A stretch of DNA of 64,000 nucleotides from an uncultured delta proteobacterium (GTDB lineage Bacteria > Desulfobacterota > RBG-13-43-22). Within the stretch, counting starts at the first letter, position 1, and every line of letters starts with the position of its first letter. Below the pieces are notes generated by a model. It was not told the origin of the DNA, did not search any database, and saw only the letters and a list, made by a program, of their open reading frames with translations. The translations under genes were made by a program, and so were the position numbers. Shown here piece by piece: positions 20,477 through 30,708 of this stretch. The stretch covers positions 706,189 to 770,188 of the forward strand of contig CAVQFQ010000017.1 in assembly GCA_963711835.1 (NCBI GenBank), given 5' to 3'.

Positions 20477-21301
20477 ATGAAGCCCACCGATCCGCTATTT
20501 ATTTATGAATTTGAAGGGGTCCTGCCGGACGAGACCTTTGATTTTCAGGCTGACTTCCTGGCCCACTGGAGAGAGGGGGAGCAGACCTTTTTATTTTTTT
20601 CAACATCCCAGGAAGCGTCGCTGCCGCTTTTCCTAAAAGACCATCCGGAGCTGGTCTGGGTCCGGAGTCATCAACTAAGCTACCAGGACTGGCAGGGCGG
20701 GCAATGGGCCGAAGGGCTATCGGTGGGTAAATTGCGGTTTGTCCCTCCCTGGAAACCTGCTTCGGACCCGGCTGTCCCCCTGGTGATCCGGATGGATCCC
20801 GGGGTCGTTTTTGGCTCGGGCCAGCATCCCACCACCCGGGATTCGCTCCAGGCCCTGCTCTGGGTCTATGACCGGGATTGTCCGAAAAAAGTCCTGGACC
20901 TGGGGACCGGGAGCGGTATCCTGGGACTGGCTTCGGCTAAATTAGGGGCGCAACTGATTTTGGCTTGCGATTGGAATCCGGCCTGCGTCCGGACCGCCGA
21001 ACGAAATGTAGCCTTAAATCATCTGGAATCACTCATTACAGTCAAAGAAGGCCGGGCCGAAGAATTTATCCGGGAATCGGCCGACTTGCTGCTGGCCAAC
21101 CTCCATTTTGCCGTGCTTCGGGACCTGATTGCCGAAAAGGCCTTTTACGAGAAAAGCTGGGTTATCCTCTCCGGCTTGTTGCGAAGTGAATACGGTCAGA
21201 TCAAAGACCGCTTGTCTCTATCCGGATTTAATCTCTTAAAAGAATGGGAGTCCGACCAGACCTGGTTTACTCTGGTGGGAAGGAATAGGGGAAGTCTATG
21301 A
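20477..21301 (+). CDS. prmA: Ribosomal protein L11 methyltransferase-like SAM methyltransferase
   Basis: DPGVVFGSGQHPTT, VLDLGTGSGIL, LLLANL, ILSGL; start uncertain. Confidence 0.75.
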   Translation: MKPTDPLFIYEFEGVLPDETFDFQADFLAHWREGEQTFLFFSTSQEASLPLFLKDHPELVWVRSHQLSYQDWQGGQWAEGLSVGKLRFVPPWKPASDPAVPLVIRMDPGVVFGSGQHPTTRDSLQALLWVYDRDCPKKVLDLGTGSGILGLASAKLGAQLILACDWNPACVRTAERNVALNHLESLITVKEGRAEEFIRESADLLLANLHFAVLRDLIAEKAFYEKSWVILSGLLRSEYGQIKDRLSLSGFNLLKEWESDQTWFTLVGRNRGSL

Positions 21302-21756
21302 CGAACGAGCCTACGGCGGCGCGTTATCACTTTTTAAGCCGGGATTATGCCCAGGGATTTATTGCCGATTTGGGATTTGAGGCGGTCCATTATGAGAGAG
21401 GGGCCTTAATATCCCGAATAAGGATCCTGCCGCGCCACCGTCAACAGGACCATTATATCCATGCCGGTGTTCTGGCGACCATGGCCGATCACACCGCCGG
21501 CTATGCCGCCTTCAGCCTGGTTTCCGAGGATTATCGAATCCTGACCATCGAGTTTAAGATCAACTTCCTCCGGCCCGCCTATGGCCGGGAGTTGATCTGC
21601 AAGTCCCGGATACTGCGCGAAGGAGGGCAGATTTTGACCGGGGAGTCGGAGGTCTTTGATCAGCGGCCCGGGGAGGAGGTCCTGGTCGCCAAGGCCCTGG
21701 TTACGTTGATGGCGGTGCACAAGAGCAAGATAAAAAAAGTGGCGAGTGACAGGTAA
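21298..21756 (+). CDS. PaaI-family thioesterase
   Basis: HAGVLATMAD, TIEFKINFLRP hotdog motifs. Confidence 0.9.
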   Translation: MTNEPTAARYHFLSRDYAQGFIADLGFEAVHYERGALISRIRILPRHRQQDHYIHAGVLATMADHTAGYAAFSLVSEDYRILTIEFKINFLRPAYGRELICKSRILREGGQILTGESEVFDQRPGEEVLVAKALVTLMAVHKSKIKKVASDR

Positions 21757-21773
21757 GGGGTGACGAGAAAAAG

Positions 21774-22661
21774 GTGAAAAGAAAAGACGTGATGAATAAC
21801 TACCGGAATACCCCCCCAGACCCTGATATTCCCCTCGCCGAACACCCTTTTCCAAATTCTGAACTCCGAACTCTGAACCCCGAACCCCGAACCCCGAACC
21901 CTGAACGGAATTATACTCCCTCCGAACTAATGGTCACCATCGCCGCCCGGGAAATTGCCGACGGCGATGTGGTTTTCGTGGGCATGAGGCTCCCCTTGCT
22001 GGCCTTCATCCTGGCCAAAAAGACCCACGCCCCGGCGGCCTGCGGGCTTTTTGAAAACGGGGTCTTACGGGAGGTCCCGGCCGGCGGACCGATCATAACC
22101 ATGGGAGATCCTCCCAACATCCATCAGGCTACAATGTGCTGTGATATGTTGACGGTGATGGGGTTTCTTCAGAAAGGGCGGGTGGATGTGGGCTTTATCG
22201 GCGGGGCGGAGGTGGATAGATACGGCAATCTTAATACCACCCAGATCCAGGGACCGGAAGGCATTATACGACTTCCCGGCAGCGGCGGGGGGGCCGATAT
22301 AGCCGGGTTATCCCGGCGGTTGTTAATTATCATGCCCCATGAACGGCGGCGTTTTGTTGAAAGGGTGAGTTATGTCACCTCGCCCGGCTATGGCCAGGGG
22401 CGCACCTGGAGAAAAGATCAGGGGTTGGTCGGCGGCGGGCCCTCGGCCCTAATTACCACCCTGGGGGTCTTCCGGTTTGATGCGGAAACCCGGGAGGCCT
22501 ATTTAGCCCAAGTCCATCCGGGGATAAAAACGGAGCAGGTGATTGACCAAACCGGTTGGGCGATTACCGTATCCCGGGATCTCTCCCAAACCATTCCCCC
22601 CACGGATAGGGATTTGGCCATCATCCGTCAATATGACCCGAAGGGGTTCTGGACCAGGTAG
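21774..22661 (+). CDS. CoA-transferase beta subunit (glutaconate CoA-transferase B-like)
   Basis: AAREI..GDVVFVG, FENG catalytic Glu, GGAEVDRYGNLN, RLPGSGG; start uncertain. Confidence 0.88.
   Translation: MKRKDVMNNYRNTPPDPDIPLAEHPFPNSELRTLNPEPRTPNPERNYTPSELMVTIAAREIADGDVVFVGMRLPLLAFILAKKTHAPAACGLFENGVLREVPAGGPIITMGDPPNIHQATMCCDMLTVMGFLQKGRVDVGFIGGAEVDRYGNLNTTQIQGPEGIIRLPGSGGGADIAGLSRRLLIIMPHERRRFVERVSYVTSPGYGQGRTWRKDQGLVGGGPSALITTLGVFRFDAETREAYLAQVHPGIKTEQVIDQTGWAITVSRDLSQTIPPTDRDLAIIRQYDPKGFWTR
21857..21905 (+). repeat. Heptamer tandem repeat, 7 units of consensus CYCYGAA
   Basis: ttctgaa ctccgaa ctctgaa ccccgaa ccccgaa ccccgaa ccctgaa. Confidence 0.9.
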
Positions 22662-22811
22662 GTTAAACCCGAAATCCGGCCCGGACCATTCTTGATCGCC
22701 TTGCCGGTGGGGGCAAAATTTAAAGAGGAAAACGAAAGAAAAGGGTTTAAGTACTCCCTAACCGGTAAATAATTAAATGAAATTAAATGGTTTACATATC
22801 AAATTTTTTTC

Positions 22812-22872
22812 TTGACAAAGAATAAGAGGAAAATTATAGTTATTTTATAGTTAAATTATAGTTAATATATAG
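22812..22872 (+). promoter_or_regulatory. Sigma70 promoter overlapped by three 11-bp-phased direct repeats
   Basis: TTGACA(22812)-17-TATAGT; TTATAGTTA at 22834, 22845, 22856. Confidence 0.75.
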
Positions 22873-22907
22873 CCGAATCGTTTACCCTCTCCAACACAGG
22901 TCCATTC

Positions 22908-23108
22908 ATGGTTTCCCAAAAAAAAGAAGGCCATCCGGCCGAAATAATCTCCAAATTAGAAGAGTCCAATAAGCCGCTGAAGGCCAAGTTCGAGGTCTTT
23001 GGTGAGGAGATGATTGAAAAGGAGGTAAAGCAAAGCGGAAACAGTGGACGGGTCTACTTGCCCCCGGAATGGGTCGGCAAGCATGTTAAGATTATCCGGA
23101 TAGATTAA
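22908..23108 (+). CDS. DUF2080-family small protein (AbrB-like swapped-hairpin fold predicted)
   Basis: EKEVKQSGNSGRVYLPPEWVGKHVKII motif. Confidence 0.8.
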   Translation: MVSQKKEGHPAEIISKLEESNKPLKAKFEVFGEEMIEKEVKQSGNSGRVYLPPEWVGKHVKIIRID

Positions 23109-23110
23109 TC

Positions 23111-23572
23111 ATGGAAGGCAAACCTATAAAAGCGATTAAAATCAGAAAACTTGCGGTTAAAGACCTTTCCCAGGTGATCGCTATTCAGGAAAATATTACC
23201 AAGACCAAGGTCACTCCGAAAAAGATGGCTATCCTGAAAGAACATATTCGAAAGGCCGGGAATATCAACTTGGCTGCCGTGGTGGAAGGCAAGGTAGTCG
23301 GATATGTTATCAGCGAAGTCATGACCAACAGTTTCGGACTGGATCAGAGCGGCTGGATAAAGAATTTAGGGGTTCATCCAAAATATATGGGGGCCGGGAT
23401 CGGACAGTCTCTGGCTAGCCCCCTTTTTGCAGCCTACAAAAAGAAAAAAATCAATGAAGTTTATACCGCGGTCCGATGGGATTGGGGAGATCTGCTTTCC
23501 TTTTTTAAATCCATTGGGTTTGACCGGAGCAACTTTATTAATTTGTATAAAAAAATGGAACAGAAAGAGTAA
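23111..23572 (+). CDS. GNAT-family acetyltransferase
   Basis: GKVVGYV, LGVHPKYMGAGIG, FFKSIGF. Confidence 0.88.
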   Translation: MEGKPIKAIKIRKLAVKDLSQVIAIQENITKTKVTPKKMAILKEHIRKAGNINLAAVVEGKVVGYVISEVMTNSFGLDQSGWIKNLGVHPKYMGAGIGQSLASPLFAAYKKKKINEVYTAVRWDWGDLLSFFKSIGFDRSNFINLYKKMEQKE

Positions 23573-23766
23573 TTTCTTGATTCAATATTAAAGGCTTACT
23601 CGCCCCTGAACTCAGGGCCTTGATATTGATAGAAAAATAACTTCAGCAACTTAAGCAATCTCGGCCTTCACCCAATGGGTGAAGGCCGTTTTGAGTTAAG
23701 TGCTTGCAACCCGTGATTAATCAAAAAGGTGGACACGGGTTCAGGTAATCTAGGAGGGGTAAAAAA

Positions 23767-25734
23767 ATGAGGTACGCAGAGACTGGGTTTAATTTAGAAA
23801 TTGATCTTACCCGAGGAAACATTGAGAGGGTAGAAACCGACCCAAGAGACACCGAACTTTATCTGGGGGGCCTGGGTACTAACGCCAAGATATTATGGGA
23901 TAGGGTTCCCCCTGAAACTGAACCCTTTTCTCCTGATAATCTACTAATATTCGCCACTGGTCTTTTAGTTGGCACACCGGCTATCGGCTGTAATCGTACC
24001 ATTGTTACCACCTATTCTCCTCAGACTTTGTTAATGGCCTATTCAATGATGGGGGGATTTTGGGCACCAGAATTGAAGTATGCCGGTTATGACAAAGTGA
24101 TCTTTCGCGGCAAGTCCCCCAATCTGGTTTATTTGTGGATAAACAATGACAAAGTAGAAATACGTGATGCCTCTCATTTGCAGGGTAAAGGCGCAGGTGA
24201 AACTGCAGAACTTATTCGACAGGAGTTGAAGGAGCCGAACGCCCAGGTGGCCGCTATCGGCCTGGCCGGTGAAAACAGGGTCTATATGGCTAGCATCGAA
24301 CAGGGCAGGTCCAGTGCCAGCCGACTAGGAATAGGCGCCGTTATGGGAGACAAAGGGATAAAGGCGATAGCTGTTCGTGGAACAAAGGACGTCAATATTG
24401 CCCGACCGGCTGAATTCATGGAGCTTTGCAACGATGTGCTGAAATATATACAGGTCCGAGAAAAAAAGCCCGTTCCGGGGGTCATGCCCATTTTAGCCGG
24501 GCTTGGGTCACCGGCCGAGATGAAACTCGTTGATGAGGAATGGCACACCCAGAATTTCATGTGGGGGAATGCCCGCGAACGGAAAAGAGATTATTGGAAC
24601 AAGGAAGTCGAAGAGAAGTGGAGGGAGACTCAAGAAAATGTGCGGACGCGGTTAATCAGTTGCTATAACTGTCCGATGAAATGCGGAGCATTAATTTCCG
24701 TCCCAGGAATTTCGACCTACATGATGAAATGCTTCTCGAAACTTACTTATACCATGGCGGCCTTTTCAGACCTGGATTTTGGTTTTAGAATCGCTCAGCG
24801 TGCTACGGAGTATGGAGTGGACGCATTCTCAACCCCGCAAGTTATGGCCTTCGGCCTTGAGCTTTACGAAGCCGGCATTTTGACTGACCAGGACATGGCA
24901 GGAATGCCGTCCGATAACGAGGGGAGATTTTACTGGTTACTGGACCGAATTGTTCGGCGAGAAGGGATAGGAGATATTTTGGCCAATGGCACGTATTGGG
25001 CGGCCCAACAGATCGGTAAGGGCGCAGAAGCCTATGCTCATAATAACATTAAGAAACACGAGCAACTGCCTCTCAAGCTGGGAATGCTGAATCCCGTTTA
25101 TTTCCTTATGTATTCTACCGGCGAGAAGATAAACATTACCCAAATTGAAGGGCAGTTCCCCCAGGCGCCTTTTCCTACGATGGAGGAGAGAGAAGATTTT
25201 GTAAAGGATTGGATCCAGGTTCCTGATGAAAAGTTTAAGAAATATCTTCTGGACTGGGAACTACGCGGAGAACGCTCAAATCCATATTATCCAACTGTTG
25301 AGATGTCCTGTGAAATTGTTGACTGGATGGAGAGGATGCACTACATTGATGACGCCCTCGGCATGTGCGCCGGTTTGTCATCATTTCCCCTGAAGCCTCC
25401 CTATCATATACACAATTACCCGGATTTAATCTCATCAGCGACCGGGATCGATATCGATGAAGCTAAACTATGGGAAATAACCACGAGGAACCGAACGTTA
25501 GTTAGGGCCGTTAATGTAAGAAGAGGCTTAAGAAGAATTGATGAGAAGCCACCCGAGGACCATTGGAAGAAAAGATTTCCCGAGCTTGAAGCGCAGCTCT
25601 TAGATGAGTATTACAAATTTAAGGGCTGGGATAATCAGGGTATTCCTACTAAAGAGTCTTTACAGGAATTGGATTTGGCTTACGTTGCCGAAGACTTTGA
25701 AAAGAGAGGGATTATAAAAAATGAGCAAAATTAA
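23767..25734 (+). CDS. bamB: Class II benzoyl-CoA reductase W-bis-pterin catalytic subunit
   Basis: MRYAETG...DPRDTELYLGGLGTNAK N-terminus recognised as BamB; E251, E257, H260 and C322 (MMKCF) at BamB positions; SCYNCPMKC. Confidence 0.93.
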   Translation: MRYAETGFNLEIDLTRGNIERVETDPRDTELYLGGLGTNAKILWDRVPPETEPFSPDNLLIFATGLLVGTPAIGCNRTIVTTYSPQTLLMAYSMMGGFWAPELKYAGYDKVIFRGKSPNLVYLWINNDKVEIRDASHLQGKGAGETAELIRQELKEPNAQVAAIGLAGENRVYMASIEQGRSSASRLGIGAVMGDKGIKAIAVRGTKDVNIARPAEFMELCNDVLKYIQVREKKPVPGVMPILAGLGSPAEMKLVDEEWHTQNFMWGNARERKRDYWNKEVEEKWRETQENVRTRLISCYNCPMKCGALISVPGISTYMMKCFSKLTYTMAAFSDLDFGFRIAQRATEYGVDAFSTPQVMAFGLELYEAGILTDQDMAGMPSDNEGRFYWLLDRIVRREGIGDILANGTYWAAQQIGKGAEAYAHNNIKKHEQLPLKLGMLNPVYFLMYSTGEKINITQIEGQFPQAPFPTMEEREDFVKDWIQVPDEKFKKYLLDWELRGERSNPYYPTVEMSCEIVDWMERMHYIDDALGMCAGLSSFPLKPPYHIHNYPDLISSATGIDIDEAKLWEITTRNRTLVRAVNVRRGLRRIDEKPPEDHWKKRFPELEAQLLDEYYKFKGWDNQGIPTKESLQELDLAYVAEDFEKRGIIKNEQN

Positions 25735-26260
25735 GAAGAAAGTCAAGGCAATCAAGATCGATCTTGATAAATGCAATGGTTGCCGGGCCTGTGAGGTAGC
25801 CTGCTCCGCCTTTCACGCTACGCCAAAATATAGCAGCAATAATCCGGCCAGGTCTCGTATTCGGCTGATTCGTGAACCAATAAAAGACGTATATCTTCCT
25901 GTATACGCGGGTGAGTATACTGCAGCCGAATGTATGGGCAGAGACAAATATGTGATTGACGGAAAGGAATACGACGAGTGTGGCTTTTGCAGGGCTTCCT
26001 GCCCATCCAGGGACGTTTTCAAAGAACCCGATTCCGGTCTCCCTCTAAAATGCGATATGTGTGAAGACGATCCCCCACAAAAAGAGCCCTTGTGTGTTCA
26101 GTGGTGCATTAATGATGCCCTAACTTACGAAGAAAGGGAAGAAGAAGTAGAAGAAGAAGAGAAGTTGGGGGACGTGGAGATAGGATTGGAATCATTGGTA
26201 GACAAATATGGAATGCAGAAGATAATGGATACCGTTGCCCGGATGTCCAAGAAGGGCTAA
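25721..26260 (+). CDS. bamC: Class II BCR Fe-S subunit
   Basis: KCNGCRACEVAC, ECGFCRASCPSR, KCDMC; overlaps bamB stop. Confidence 0.9.
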   Translation: MSKIKKKVKAIKIDLDKCNGCRACEVACSAFHATPKYSSNNPARSRIRLIREPIKDVYLPVYAGEYTAAECMGRDKYVIDGKEYDECGFCRASCPSRDVFKEPDSGLPLKCDMCEDDPPQKEPLCVQWCINDALTYEEREEEVEEEEKLGDVEIGLESLVDKYGMQKIMDTVARMSKKG

Positions 26261-26329
26261 AACATTAACAGGATAGATGGGCCTTTTTCAGCAACCGGTT
26301 AAGGCGAAAGAAGAGGATTAAGAAAGACA

Positions 26330-27481
26330 GTGGAGACTGTAGCGCCCTACAAAGAAATCATAGAAGTCATAAAAGCGAACGGCGGAGACGCCTTCAAACG
26401 ATGCTATCAATGCGGATTATGCGATACGGTTTGTCCCTGGAACCGGGTCCGGACCTTCAGTATTCGCAAGATCGTCCGCGAGGCTACGTTCGGTTTGACG
26501 GAGATAGAAAGTGAAGACATCTGGCGTTGCACGACCTGCGGCCGATGTCCGCAACGGTGCCCGAGGGACGTTAAACAGATAGAATCCGGGGTAGCCTTAC
26601 GCCGGATTGCCACGGAATATGGCGTCTTTCCGACCTCGGTCAAGCCTGTCCGCACCGTAAGCGCCAGCCTCATTGGCGAAGGGAACCCCTTGAATGAAGA
26701 GCGAAAAAATAGGGCCAATTGGGCGGAAGGTCTTTCGGTAAAACCGTTCACCGAGGGGATGGAAATTTTATATTTCCCCGGCTGCTACCTCAGCTATGAC
26801 CCCCGGTTAAAAAAGGTTGCCAGAGCCACAGCCGATATCCTCAATCGGGCCGGGGTGGATTTCGGGATACTGGGCCCCAAAGAGAATTGCTGCGGAGAAA
26901 GCATCCGCAAGACAGGCGATGAGGAATTATTCAAACGCCTGGCCCGGGAAAACATCAAGACGTTTATCGATCACGGGGTGAAGAAGATCCTGGTTTCTTC
27001 CCCGCACTGCTACCATACCTTCAAAAACGAGTATCCCGAATTCAAGGTGAACTTTGAGGTGGTTCATATCTCCCAATACTTATTCGGTCTCATTGATGAG
27101 GGTAGGATTGAACTCACCAGGGAGTATGGAAAGAAAGTTGTCTATCATGATCCCTGTTACCTGGGCCGGCATAACGGCCTCTATGACGAACCCCGGGAGG
27201 TCTTAAAGAAGGTCCCAGGTTTGGAACTGACGGAGATGCCGGATTCACGCAGAGACAGCCTCTGTTGTGGAGGGGGAGGAGGCCGAATTTGGATGGAAAC
27301 GCCAAAGGGTGAACGATTCTCCGACCTCCGATTGGAACAAGCGATGGGGGTGGGCGCTGAGGTGCTGGTTACTTCCTGCCCCTATTGCATCGCCAATTTT
27401 GAGGACAGCCGGTTAACCCTGGACGTTACCGAACGCCTCGAGGTTAAGGACATCACGGAAATTATCCAGGAAGTGATTTAG
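26330..27481 (+). CDS. bamD: Class II BCR HdrD-like Fe-S/CCG subunit
   Basis: Two 4Fe-4S motifs plus CCG domains (ENCCGE, HDPCYLGR, CCGGGGG). Confidence 0.88.
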   Translation: METVAPYKEIIEVIKANGGDAFKRCYQCGLCDTVCPWNRVRTFSIRKIVREATFGLTEIESEDIWRCTTCGRCPQRCPRDVKQIESGVALRRIATEYGVFPTSVKPVRTVSASLIGEGNPLNEERKNRANWAEGLSVKPFTEGMEILYFPGCYLSYDPRLKKVARATADILNRAGVDFGILGPKENCCGESIRKTGDEELFKRLARENIKTFIDHGVKKILVSSPHCYHTFKNEYPEFKVNFEVVHISQYLFGLIDEGRIELTREYGKKVVYHDPCYLGRHNGLYDEPREVLKKVPGLELTEMPDSRRDSLCCGGGGGRIWMETPKGERFSDLRLEQAMGVGAEVLVTSCPYCIANFEDSRLTLDVTERLEVKDITEIIQEVI

Positions 27482-27513
27482 GGAACCGAAGAAACCTGAT
27501 GAGGTGATAGAAG

Positions 27514-30500
27514 GTGGAAAACGAACTAATGGAAAAAGAACAAATTGAACAGCTCTGCAAAAGTCTCGCGGACAGCAATTTTGGTGATGTTATGGTTGTC
27601 GGTGGAGGGATCAGCGGTATTCAAGCCGCACTTGATCTTGGCACTGCGGGTTTTAAGGTTTACCTGGTTGACAAAGCACCGTCCATTGGCGGCCACATGG
27701 CCCAGCTTGACAAGACCTTTCCCACCAATGACTGCTCCATGTGAATACTGGCACCCAAACTGGTCGAGGTCGGCCGGCATCCCAACATAGAAGTTTTGAC
27801 CTATACTGAAGTTGACCGTGTAGCCGGGGAACAAGGAGACTTCAAGGTAACCCTGATTAGAAAGCCCAGATATATCCTGGAGGACAAATGCACCGGTTGT
27901 ACCACCTGCATGGAATACTGCCCGGTATTATACCCCGATCCCTTTAATCAGGAAATATCGAAGAATAAAGCCGTTCATATTTACTTCTCCCAGGCCATTC
28001 CCCTGATCTCCTATATCGACGAAAGCTGTCTTTACCTGAAAGAGAAGAAATGCCGGATCTGCGAAGGCGTATGCGAGAATAAGGCCATAGATTTCCATCA
28101 AGTGCCGGAGAAAATGGAGGTAAAGGTAGGGGCGATCATACTGTCTTCCGGCCTGGAGCCCTTTGATCCCAGAGTAAGGGAGGAATATCGCTACGGAGAG
28201 TTTCAGAACGTGGTAACCAGTATGGACTTTGAACGGCTGTTGTCCTCCACCGGGGCCTACGCTGGTGAGATACTGCGGGTTTCCGACCTGAAGCATCCCC
28301 ATAAAATTGCCTGGATCCAATGCGTCGGTTCCAGACAAATTAACCCTCCAGGCGGCAACAGCTATTGTTCTGCCGTCTGCTGCACCTATACCCAGAAACA
28401 GGTGATTTTAACCAAAGATCATTACCCGGAGGCCGAGTGTACCATATTCCATAACGATATTCGTTCCTTCGGCAAGGATTTCGAACGATACTACCAGAGG
28501 GCCGAGAACCTTCCCGGGGTTCGATTTATAAGAAGCTACGTATCTATAGGAAAAGAGATCCCGGAAACCAGGAATGTCACCATACGGTATGCTACCCCCG
28601 ACGAGGGCGTAAAAGAGGAAGAATTCGATATGGTGGTATTATCCGTTGGATTGAATCCTCCCGTGGATGTTTTGGATCTGGCCAAGAAATTCGGTATTGA
28701 ACTCAATCACCACAATTTTTGCAAGCTCAATCCGGTCAATCCGATGGTGACCAACCGGCCAGGGATCTTTGTCAGCGGCGCCTTCCAGGGGCCGGTAGAT
28801 ATCCCGGAGTCGGTCTTCAGCGCCAGCGGGGCCGGCTCCCAATGCGGTCAACTCCTGGACTACCGGCGAGGGAAGCTGACCAGGGAGAGAATCTATCCAC
28901 CGGAAAGGGACGTCTCCCATGAGGAGCCAAGGATCGGGGTCTTTGTCTGTCATTGTGGGGCGAATATCTCCGCCGTAGTGAATGTTCCCGATACGGTTGA
29001 GTATTGCAAAACCTTACCCAATGTAGTTCACGCGCAGAACCAGGTATTTTCCTGTGCAACGAATTCGGCCAAAGAAATAACCGACCTGACCAGGGAAAAA
29101 GGGCTCAATCGCGTGATTGTGGCCGCCTGCAGCCCCCGGACCCTGGAGCCGTTATTCCGGGACACCCTCCGGGAGGCGGGCATCAATCAATATTATTACG
29201 AAATGGCGAATATCCGGGAGCACAACTCCTGGGTCCACTCGAAAGAAAAGGAAGAAGCCACCCAGAAGGCCAAGGACATCATCCGCATGTCGGTAGCCCG
29301 CGCCTGCCACCTGGAGCCGTTGCAGGAATTTGATTTGCCGGTCAACAAGGCGGCCCTGGTGGTTGGCGGAGGGTTGGCCGGCCTGACGTGTGCGCTCTCC
29401 ATAGCCGACCAGGGCCATGAGGTTCACCTGGTGGAAAAGGAATCGGACTTAGGGGGGATAGCCCGAAAAATTCATTATACCCTGGAGGGGTTTGACGTCC
29501 AGGCCTATTTGCGTGACCTGGTGCATCGGGTGTATCAACACCCCTTAATCCATGTCTATGGCCCGGCGACCATCACCGAGGCGAGCGGGTATATCGGGAG
29601 TTTCGTCACCCGGGTGAAGTCCGACCGAGGGGTCACCGAGATAAAACATGGCGCCGCCGTCATTGCCATAGGTGCCGATGTCTATAAACCCACCGAATAC
29701 CTGTATGGAGAAGATGACCGGGTCATGACCCACCTGGAGCTGGAGGATCAGATCGCCCAGGGAGACAAACGGGTGATTGACTCCCAGAGTCTGGTGATGA
29801 TCCAATGCGTAGGCTGCCGAAATGAAGACCGGAATTATTGCAGCCGGATTTGTTGCAGCCAGTCCATCAAGAACGCCTTAAAACTGAAAGAGCTCAACCC
29901 CCAGATGGATATCACCATCCTCTTTCGGGATATGAGAACCTATGGGTTCAAAGAGGATTATTACCGGGAAGCCTCGGGGAAAGACGTCAAGTTCATCCGC
30001 TTTGAACCGGAAGAACCGCCTCAGGTGGAGACCGGTGCGGCCGAGGATGGTCGGCCCGTTCTGAAAGTTACCGCGACCGATTATCTCTTGGGCAAGAAGC
30101 TGGAACTGGATGCCGATATTCTGGCCTTGGCGGCCGCGGTTATTCCCTCCGCTGCCACCAAGGAAGTCGCCGGGTTCTTCAAAGTAACCTTGAGCCCGGA
30201 CGGCTTCTTCAAAGAAGCCCATGTCAAATTAAGACCGGTGGAGTTTGCTACCGACGGGGTCTATCTGTGTGGGGCGGCGCACTATCCCAAGTTTATGCCG
30301 GAAACGATCAACCAGTCGTACGGCGCTGCCGGCCGGGTCTTAACCCTGCTCTCCCGTGATACCGTCATCGCCTCCGGTTCGGTCTGCGCGGTGAATGAGG
30401 ACAAGTGTGTTTCCTGCGGGGCCTGCATCACCGCCTGTACGTACGGCGCCATAGAGTTTTATGAGTCGCCGCAGGGCAGAAAAGCCGTGGTGAATCCGGT

Positions 30501-30657
30501 CCTCTGCAAAGGGGACGGTCTCTGCAACACCGTGTGCCCCACCAGTGCCATTGTGCTCAAGCACTTTACCGATGAAGAGATCATGAGCGAAATTGATGCG
30601 GCGATTTCCGATGAAGCGATCCTCGGACCCATGGCTGCGGCGGCTGGAAACGTGTAG
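27514..30657 (+). CDS. bamE: Class II BCR HdrA-like flavoprotein, selenoprotein (UGA at 27742-27744)
   Basis: ORFs 27514-27744 and 27796-30657 share a frame; [17 protein letters not shown] places UGA at the conserved HdrA Cys; SECIS-like hairpin follows. Confidence 0.9.
27760..27777 (+). promoter_or_regulatory. Bacterial SECIS-like hairpin of bamE
   Basis: ctggtcg-aggt-cggccgg 15 nt after UGA, G-containing loop. Confidence 0.7.
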
Positions 30658-30708
30658 AGACCCGCGAAGGACTTAAGGCGGGATGGCCAAGTACGGAGGT
30701 GAGAACGA

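Noticed and set aside
22908-23108. Transposon implied by the DUF2080 label
   Set aside because: No transposase, terminal repeats or target duplication nearby
23582-23760. Moco/Wco riboswitch before bamB
   Set aside because: Conserved riboswitch motifs not recognisable by eye
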